Shown piece by piece: positions 19,201 to 25,428 of a stretch of 42,216 nucleotides of DNA; positions within the stretch are counted from its first letter, which is position 1, and the number at the start of each line of letters is the position of its first letter. A program made the translations under genes and the position numbers. The notes beneath the pieces were generated by a model that was given only the letters and a program-made list of their open reading frames with translations, did no database searches and was not told the DNA's origin. This DNA comes from Caldilineales bacterium (GTDB lineage Bacteria > Chloroflexota > Anaerolineae > JAAEKA01), in the NCBI GenBank assembly GCA_021463315.1, contig JAJTXO010000001.1, forward strand, positions 1 through 42,216. The letters are read 5' to 3'.

Positions 19201-21762
19201 CTCGCGGCCGCCGCTCGGCACAACTGGCATACCCTGCAAACTCTCGGTAGGCAGCCGGCGGCACAACAGCCAGCACAGCAGTAACAATGGCAGCAACGGC
19301 AGCAGCCAGGGCCACAACGCCAGCAGACGGTCACCCAATGGCAACACTTGCTGCGGCGGCCCCCAGGCCGGCGTATGCTCGAAGATGCCGGGCTCGGCTG
19401 CTCCCTGCAACGGGATGGCGGGGCTTGTTGAGCCATCGGCTGCAACCTCAGTGACAAAGATGTCGTAGTTGGGGTCATTGCGCTTGCTGCTGAACGCCAG
19501 AAAACGGCCATCTCGGGACCAGGTTGCCCACGAGTTGCTGACGTTGGTCAATGGTTCGCCAGCCGGCCCATCGTTAGCTGCAATGCGCAAGCGTTCTCCG
19601 CCTTCGGCCGGCACCAGGAACACCTCGGCCTCGGGCGCCGAATAAGTGTCTTGCGATGCCGTGTTGGTGTGGCGGGTGAACGTAAGCCACAGACCGTCGG
19701 GGGAATACGAGGGATAGTAGTTCAGGCCATCGCCGCTCGCTCCCGCCAGAGCCGTTGGCTCGCCGCCTGTGACCGGCACCGTGAAGATATCCGCATCATC
19801 GGTGACATTGAACCCCGACCCGCTTCTGGTTGAGCGCACAAAGGCCAGCGTTTGGCCGTCTGGCGACCAGCCGGGCATAGTCTCGATAACACTGGGATCA
19901 CTGGCGCCCGGTACCAACGTAATCGAGCCGCTGTCAATATCCAGAATCGCGATGTCCTCGTCGTTTTGTGAGAAGGCAAGCTGGTTTCCATCCGGCGACC
20001 AGGCCAGATACGAGGCACGGATATCTGGTGTTTGGACAGTCCGTCCGTCCAGGGTCGTAATCTGCAAGAAGCCGGTGGCTGTGGTGGTGACAGCCGCGAT
20101 CCGGCCGCTGCTGGCAGAAATGGTGTGGCAGCCAACGCAGCCCGCGCTGTTCTGTGCCCGTACCGGTTCTGGCGGCAGACTGCTCAGTGGATCAATGGTA
20201 TAGATGCCTGAGGCTCCGCTTTGCAGACGCCAGAAGTACACCGTTTCGGTCGGCTGACACACCGAGGCGAAGATCTCCCGGCCCAACAAGAAGGCCAGAA
20301 GCAGCGTGTACAGAACCAGCGCCAGACGGCAAAGGCGACAGCCCCATTTGGCGTTGGCCCACCATTCGCCGATGCTGCGTCGCAGCAAGAACGGGATAAG
20401 CAGCCAGAGCAGCAGAGCAAGCAACGGCAGCAACAGCAGGAGCACCCACCGCCAGGAAGACACACAGCTCACTGCCGTGCCAAGGGCCAAGTTGCTGATC
20501 CCGGGCGTGGGTGTAGGCGCTGGAGCCAGTGTTGGCGTCGGCGTAGGCGGTGGGCCGGTGGGAGAGGGTGACGCCGTTGGTGTAGCGGTTGGACCTTGGG
20601 CGATCTGCAACGGCGTGCTGGTGGGGCCAGGCGACACGACCCACGGCCCGCTGGCCAGGTTGCTGTGGATATAGCCGTTGCAGTCGATGCCGGCCATGCC
20701 GCTGAAAAGCTGCACCTGATCCGGGGCTGTAGGCCGCAGCTTGACCTTGTAGGTCAGTTCAATGGACTGATCGCGCATGGCTTCCGGGATATCCCAGACG
20801 ACCTTGTTGCTCTCGATGCGTCCACCCGGCCCTGTCACTCCAGACAGATCAACAAGATTGCCCGGCTCCCAGATATCCTCCAGGTGGAAGTTGCGCGCAA
20901 CCAGATTGACGTCGCCTTCGCTGGCCTGAACGAACAGACGTCGTATCTCTTCAGGCTGAGGATCGGGAAAGAAGTTCTCCGGCGGAACGAGCGCGCTGGC
21001 TTGCTCGGCAGATACCTGATCCACCTCATTGATCACGAGGCTGTTGGCGACCAGGTAGATCGGGATCTCCGCCCCGATTTCGGCCGCTGCTGCTTGCGCG
21101 CCAGCCGTCAAGGGTACGATGTCGTGCAACATAAGCACGATAGCCTGCGCGTTACCTGTCGCCTCCGTCTGCAAATGCTGGGCAGCCAACCGAATCGCCT
21201 GAGCGATATCGGTGTCGCCGCCCACCTGAATGCCGGTCACAGCCGTGCGAAGCTGGTCGAAGTCAGACGTCAGCGCCTGCTCGATGATTGGCACAGGGCC
21301 AGTATCGCCTACCGTACTGGTGACGATAGCAACCCGAGATTGGGCAGGTGGCGCTGTGAGCTGCTCATACACCGGCTGTTCAAGGTTGTCAAGCAGTTGC
21401 AACGAGAATGTGACGGTCTGCGACCAGTTGATCCTTCCGGCGCTGGAAGAGACATCGTAGATCAGGACAGTATCAACCGGACGGCCCGGTATGCCCAGAC
21501 ATTCGGGCAGGTTCTGACCCACCAGCCTGATGGTGACCAGGGTTTCCTGATCCCTGCTCAGGCCTGGCGGGTCGAGAGTACGGTCGATGGCGACACTGGC
21601 TGGCACGGGACCAGGAACTTGAGGAGCGCGAGGGATTGGCGTTTCCTGCGCTGCCTGGACGATCGGCGTTGCAATCACATACGATGCAACTGCCAGCACG
21701 ATGAGCAACGACAGGCACGTCAAAATGAAGACGGGTCTTTTGGAAAAGCTGGACTGGGTCAT
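16267..21762 (-). CDS. 1831-aa four-TM fusion protein: extracytoplasmic vWA + PT linker, extracytoplasmic PD40/TolB-like beta-propeller, cytoplasmic tubulin/FtsZ-like GTPase domain with long C-terminal extension
   Basis: Signal anchor aa 12-32. vWA MIDAS DVSSS (21442-21456). PT linker aa 380-420. TM2 aa 437-460, Arg/Lys loop, TM3 aa 477-494. Four PD40-type repeats (LAWSPDGNQLAF, PGWSPDGQTLAF, PSYSPDGLWLTF, ATWSRDGRFLAF). TM4 aa 814-835. GLGGAG (19114-19131). Tubulin-signature-like GGGFGSG (18643-18663) in ILIVGSLGGGFGSGALADVAYL. GGAG lies 8 nt upstream of the ATG. Confidence 0.85.
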   Translation of the reverse strand: MTQSSFSKRPVFILTCLSLLIVLAVASYVIATPIVQAAQETPIPRAPQVPGPVPASVAIDRTLDPPGLSRDQETLVTIRLVGQNLPECLGIPGRPVDTVLIYDVSSSAGRINWSQTVTFSLQLLDNLEQPVYEQLTAPPAQSRVAIVTSTVGDTGPVPIIEQALTSDFDQLRTAVTGIQVGGDTDIAQAIRLAAQHLQTEATGNAQAIVLMLHDIVPLTAGAQAAAAEIGAEIPIYLVANSLVINEVDQVSAEQASALVPPENFFPDPQPEEIRRLFVQASEGDVNLVARNFHLEDIWEPGNLVDLSGVTGPGGRIESNKVVWDIPEAMRDQSIELTYKVKLRPTAPDQVQLFSGMAGIDCNGYIHSNLASGPWVVSPGPTSTPLQIAQGPTATPTASPSPTGPPPTPTPTLAPAPTPTPGISNLALGTAVSCVSSWRWVLLLLLPLLALLLWLLIPFLLRRSIGEWWANAKWGCRLCRLALVLYTLLLAFLLGREIFASVCQPTETVYFWRLQSGASGIYTIDPLSSLPPEPVRAQNSAGCVGCHTISASSGRIAAVTTTATGFLQITTLDGRTVQTPDIRASYLAWSPDGNQLAFSQNDEDIAILDIDSGSITLVPGASDPSVIETMPGWSPDGQTLAFVRSTRSGSGFNVTDDADIFTVPVTGGEPTALAGASGDGLNYYPSYSPDGLWLTFTRHTNTASQDTYSAPEAEVFLVPAEGGERLRIAANDGPAGEPLTNVSNSWATWSRDGRFLAFSSKRNDPNYDIFVTEVAADGSTSPAIPLQGAAEPGIFEHTPAWGPPQQVLPLGDRLLALWPWLLPLLPLLLLCWLLCRRLPTESLQGMPVVPSGGREPPPFLDVWAGPKVEWEATPTVVLGLGGAGRWVLTHLKHNLSMASAGRLEGPVRLLCLDSNREEWAGGQNVAVRFAGVQLSDSEVLVLGEDIGSVIQRAVAGQESEMAGWFPAQDYSRRLRPVEQDARQSTGQRRPIGRAVVFRDIQQGEQASKLWRQLSSALQAVARADHAQILIVGSLGGGFGSGALADVAYLARLAAQRAGLKGATVSALLATEDPFAEVGRTPQMRVNTLAALREINRFLLAQNRPFPMQYRAGSRDDLGDHMLTQSLLDDCFIFDGHRDQHDLCLYRPQVGTFPMMADALQVLIDKGASEPGSVLAQYRDNTRTTTADEQIQRKVGVVSGLGCSTYRLPLADLVKACNVRFARELVQLWLVGRNAAAAQASDAYGATLSLDVRHDLEHKDQPPALLARQALPGAGDPVALLVETALQGWSTHNDRRARELMQTAENQGRDRYATESAKAFEQWLTPGVLRLLNGRPETFDVVEARSGKIRYASEFLAEVERLLAEGKRRVQGHRDTVGAGKMVFADLLTTCAEHCAAVTARLRQNLTAGEEFLLRAPVAADPDSGGVYRRLVATEAALQRAREEMRAVVSRKAFADDDLVNSLYMDFYAQHLEPALERIFWRTREQGGLELVVRHWEDRVFVSDASGGTAFLQALQELADALGQEVWRERLAERLDHDLWRSDRVAGESNRLWPHAEPPLTFRTNEAPRVQLQRLLWTSAEVRSGQEVARRITASAPGGGTVREVRATDPYAAGLIAFFDVLPLPALTCYSRTSEEYLRVHGLISGADHRSGETRPEPVQVFAAEVNTLAYESRLWELREPPRLFHPLFVAGLHDLGRARLFAQAYACGMVVRGYQDNQYRYGLSFPGDSATYWLPEQPSQFQMVDPLIEALQEFVIGGNSQGAGNRFGHLELMQRLDADIKLVLSDSQDRLQQFLQEQPRDLSDRPTGLGVQDFLSFARLVVRDILLQENTR

Positions 21763-21850
21763 ATAGCTATCTCCGTCTCTGGCTCGCTGATCCTGGACTG
21801 CATAGATAGTTCCAGACTGGTCTTCACGCTAGGCCTTCGGGGTTCAACTT

Positions 21851-21880
21851 GCCGGGCTCTGGCTCAAACCAGAGCCCGGC
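21851..21880 (-). promoter_or_regulatory. Perfect 12-bp GC-rich intercistronic stem-loop between the two tubulin-like genes
   Basis: GCCGGGCTCTGG (21851-21862), loop CTCAAA, CCAGAGCCCGGC (21869-21880). On the mRNA strand it starts 7 nt after the TGA at 21888-21890. It is followed by AAGTTGAACC, so there is no U-tract. Confidence 0.6.
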
Positions 21881-21887
21881 AGCAAAC

Positions 21888-24800
21888 TCAACGCACGCCA
21901 CGAGATGCTTCCAGTAGGCTCACAATCGCTTCCTGGACGCTCTTGATCTCATCTTCCAAGGCCAGCCAGAACACAGTGGCGACATCACGAATCTGTACGG
22001 AGTTGTTCGTGTCCTTGAGATCTTTGAGGACATCTTCTTGTCTGGCTTTTAAGATATCCCTTTCACCCAAGAGCCTTCTGGCGCGTTCCTGGTCGGCAGG
22101 CGGCAGATTGACCAGGTGCGTTTGGATCGGCTTGTCAATGGTCAATTCCTGATCGAGTCGACGAGACACAGCCATGGTCTTGGCGTCCTCGATGGCGCGT
22201 TGCATTCGATCGTACGGAATGCGCTCCTCGATCTCGTAATGGGCGTCTTTGCCGATGTATTGGAACGTCTCCAACGCTTGCAAGAGGCTTGGCGTGCCCT
22301 GTTCGGGCAGCGTCAGATAGATCTTCGACTCGCGCTGCTCGCCAAACAACCGCTGAGAGATGTTCTCTTCAGGCAGCTTGAGGGCGTAGTAATGCACACG
22401 ACTGCCGCCTGTCTCATCCCCGCCGCGGCCGACTACTCCATAGACCCATGCTCGCACGAACATGCGAAACTGCTCGATGTTCTCCAGTTGCAGCACAACT
22501 TCGTTGTGCAGCTCACGCGCCGGCACGTTGAGTTCCCTGGGAATGCGAGCTTCGAACTTTGCGGCATTAACTTCTGCCGGAAACAGGTGGAGGGTTTCAC
22601 GGCCCAGCACACCCCGGGCGTCAGCATTTTCAACTCGCTGAGCGTAGTTAAGGTAAGCGGGACGGGCGCCAGTATAGGACTGAACACTGTCCAAAGGCAC
22701 TAGATCGAGCGTGTAAATTAGACGGCATGCGAACCGATCAGCCGAAGAAATAACTTCATTGAGGACGCCCGTGGCGCCACTGATTTTCACCAACGCCGTC
22801 TTGACGCCGTCCAAGTAGATACGCTCCTGACCGTCCCTGCCATGGGAGACATGGAAGTAATTGGCAGGCGTAGTACCCGTGCCGCCAGTTATCATCAGCA
22901 ACGGGCCGCCGTTGTCCACAAGCTCCTTTGCCAGCGCCTCGGACCGGGGATACTTGATCATCAGGTACTTCAGAATCGACTCCTGTTGCCAAACGTCGCG
23001 GAATATCTCGCGGCACCGACTCAATAGAGTCTCGAGGTTGCGCTCCTGGCCGCGACCATCGCTCTCTGCCTGTTGATCAGCGATAGCCAGGGTCAGGCTG
23101 GTGACGTCCTTCCCGCCGCTGCGTCGTTTCTCGATACCCCAGGTCAAGTCGTTGAGCACCGCAGCCAAGCCATCCTGCAGCTCCTGGGTGTACTTGTTGT
23201 ACAAGCCATCGTAGTACTCTTGGCGGTCCGCCGGTTCAGGTAGCACACGCCGCACTTTGACCTCGCCTTGCTCCTGAAGGATGTCGCTCAACTTCTTCTG
23301 GCCCCTGATCGTCCAACCATACAAGCCGTCATAGCCCAGGGCCAGGATCTGGCTCCATGAATCGGCCGACTCCTTGAGGCCGCGCACGTAGTCCTGCATC
23401 TGGCGCGCGCTCTGTCGGAGTACAGCCTCCGTCAGATCTACCTTCGCCATCCCAATTAGCTCTTCCTCAGCCTGCAGGTAGGCCTTCTGGGAGCCACCCC
23501 ACCCAAGGATGCCGCCCGGCTTCCGTTCCATCTCCTGGCGAGCAGACTGCACATTTCCCAACAAGGAAACGCGGGTGCCCAGTTGCTCGCGCAACTCATG
23601 TGTGGCGTCCAACGCAAGGATGAAGCGTCCGAGCAGTAGGTCCAGGCCGTCCAGCATGTCGCGTGCATAGGCCAGCTTACCCGTTTTGGACTCGACAGGC
23701 TTGCGCTGTGAGCTGCCATTCAGCACATTGATTATCTCCAATCGTAAAGCATCCCGAAACCGGTCGACATGCTTAGCGGAGTAGAGCTCTAGCGCCTGCC
23801 GGTATTTACCACCGCTGCGTTGGCCGGTGCGCGAATCCTCACGGCCCAAATGCTCCGCCTTGTAGCGCTCCACGCCCGGCTGAATGCGCACAACAGCATC
23901 CTGCGGCTTTTCTCCTGCGAGTTTCGGCGGAACCTCAGCCGACAACCGGCTGGACAGCTCGACTTGCACTTGTTGGCGAATGGCGAGCACATCAGGGGTG
24001 TCGCCGGTTGGATCGAGAACCGTCTCCCACTCCTCAGGATTGCGAGCTGCCAGCTCTTGGAAGAGCGCTTGATTCTGCAGGCTATAGCGAGAGGCTATGC
24101 GCAAGATCTCCCCGGGAAGCAGGGTCATCATGATCTTCTCGTCGCTGGTAAGCGATACCACTTCCCCGGTTTGCATGAATTGCATGGCTGCGTCGCGACC
24201 ACGGCTGCCATCGCCAGCCTCCAGGTTGCGATCTGCGGCCAATCTCGTGGGGTAACCGTCCTCATCCAGCGTCGCAGGCGTCGTGAGCGCCTCCAATATC
24301 TGCAACGTCAATCGATGCGCCAGCCAATCGACAATCTGTCGCATAGGCAAGCTCATCGTATAGGTTCCAATGGCGCTGTCAAAGGCTGTCGAGCTGGTGA
24401 CATCCTCCGATCGACCGGCGGCGGTGATGACATTCTGGTTGTGCTGTCCATACTTGTCCTCAGGGTCGTCCAGCATGGCAACAACGGCGTCGCCGATGGT
24501 CGCCGTCACACCAAACTTCGGAAGAACCTGGGTCAAGGGATTGTTGGCTCGCTGTCCATCGATGTGATAGAGCGAGTCGAAAAGTTTGGTCCTGATTTCC
24601 GACCGCCATACACCACCTTTGCCGGAGGGCTGGTAGTACATCGGATATCCGGTGTCCCAGACGAAGTCCACCATGAAACGGCGATTCTCGCGCATGGCTG
24701 CATATGAGCGTGCTCGCATCGAGGTGTCAATGCCAGTGGGGATGGCGCTGAACGCCTCGGGCAGGACGAGAAAGCCGCGCATGGTGACTTTCTGATCGTT

Positions 24801-25364
24801 CTGATCTTCTTTGGCGATCATGCGCACCAGGTAGGCGAGATCGACGAACATCCCGGCTCCAGTGCCACCAGCCACGGAGCTTACGAGATAGACGTCGAGA
24901 TTCTTGATCTGGCCGGTGTTGCGGATGTCGGTGAGTGCGTTGTTGATCAGCTTCTTGATATTCGACAGTGCCGGAGCAGATACGTCACGGAAGACGGCCA
25001 AACGGCCAAACTGACGCAACTGACCGGCGCCCCGCTGCAAGGTGAAGGAAGCGCGAGGCAGCGTCTTGAGATAGGTCTCGGCCTGGAACCAGGAAGCGAC
25101 GTGAGGGTGCTTGTTGCGACGCACCTCTACGGCGTAGTCGTAGACGTCGCCGCCAATCCAGAAATATTCTCCTGGCTCCAGGGTCACGCCTCGTAGCGTG
25201 TTGTTAGAGTTGTCCATTGGTTCCTGATCCTGAACAGTATCAAGCGCCAGCAAGCGAACGTTAGGCGGTAGCTTGCGCTGTTCACCCCCCGTCAGTTGCG
25301 CTTTGATGTGTTGCAAGGTCAGTACTCCTGTACCGCCGAGTCCAATGATGAGCCCTGCCTTCAT
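21888..25364 (-). CDS. Soluble tubulin/FtsZ-like GTPase (Tubulin_2-type) with about 700-aa helical C-terminal extension (1158 aa)
   Basis: N-terminal MKAGLIIGLGGTGVLTL (G-x-G-G-x-G). Canonical tubulin signature GGTGAG (24852-24869) in YLVSSVAGGTGAGMFVDLAYL. No TM. GAGAGGAA lies 6 nt upstream of the ATG. Confidence 0.8.
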   Translation of the reverse strand: MKAGLIIGLGGTGVLTLQHIKAQLTGGEQRKLPPNVRLLALDTVQDQEPMDNSNNTLRGVTLEPGEYFWIGGDVYDYAVEVRRNKHPHVASWFQAETYLKTLPRASFTLQRGAGQLRQFGRLAVFRDVSAPALSNIKKLINNALTDIRNTGQIKNLDVYLVSSVAGGTGAGMFVDLAYLVRMIAKEDQNDQKVTMRGFLVLPEAFSAIPTGIDTSMRARSYAAMRENRRFMVDFVWDTGYPMYYQPSGKGGVWRSEIRTKLFDSLYHIDGQRANNPLTQVLPKFGVTATIGDAVVAMLDDPEDKYGQHNQNVITAAGRSEDVTSSTAFDSAIGTYTMSLPMRQIVDWLAHRLTLQILEALTTPATLDEDGYPTRLAADRNLEAGDGSRGRDAAMQFMQTGEVVSLTSDEKIMMTLLPGEILRIASRYSLQNQALFQELAARNPEEWETVLDPTGDTPDVLAIRQQVQVELSSRLSAEVPPKLAGEKPQDAVVRIQPGVERYKAEHLGREDSRTGQRSGGKYRQALELYSAKHVDRFRDALRLEIINVLNGSSQRKPVESKTGKLAYARDMLDGLDLLLGRFILALDATHELREQLGTRVSLLGNVQSARQEMERKPGGILGWGGSQKAYLQAEEELIGMAKVDLTEAVLRQSARQMQDYVRGLKESADSWSQILALGYDGLYGWTIRGQKKLSDILQEQGEVKVRRVLPEPADRQEYYDGLYNKYTQELQDGLAAVLNDLTWGIEKRRSGGKDVTSLTLAIADQQAESDGRGQERNLETLLSRCREIFRDVWQQESILKYLMIKYPRSEALAKELVDNGGPLLMITGGTGTTPANYFHVSHGRDGQERIYLDGVKTALVKISGATGVLNEVISSADRFACRLIYTLDLVPLDSVQSYTGARPAYLNYAQRVENADARGVLGRETLHLFPAEVNAAKFEARIPRELNVPARELHNEVVLQLENIEQFRMFVRAWVYGVVGRGGDETGGSRVHYYALKLPEENISQRLFGEQRESKIYLTLPEQGTPSLLQALETFQYIGKDAHYEIEERIPYDRMQRAIEDAKTMAVSRRLDQELTIDKPIQTHLVNLPPADQERARRLLGERDILKARQEDVLKDLKDTNNSVQIRDVATVFWLALEDEIKSVQEAIVSLLEASRGVR

Positions 25365-25428
25365 GGTCTGTTCCTCTCAATCTGCTGATTATGGCCAGTT
25401 GCCACTGGTGTCACAGTTGTCGTTGCTG

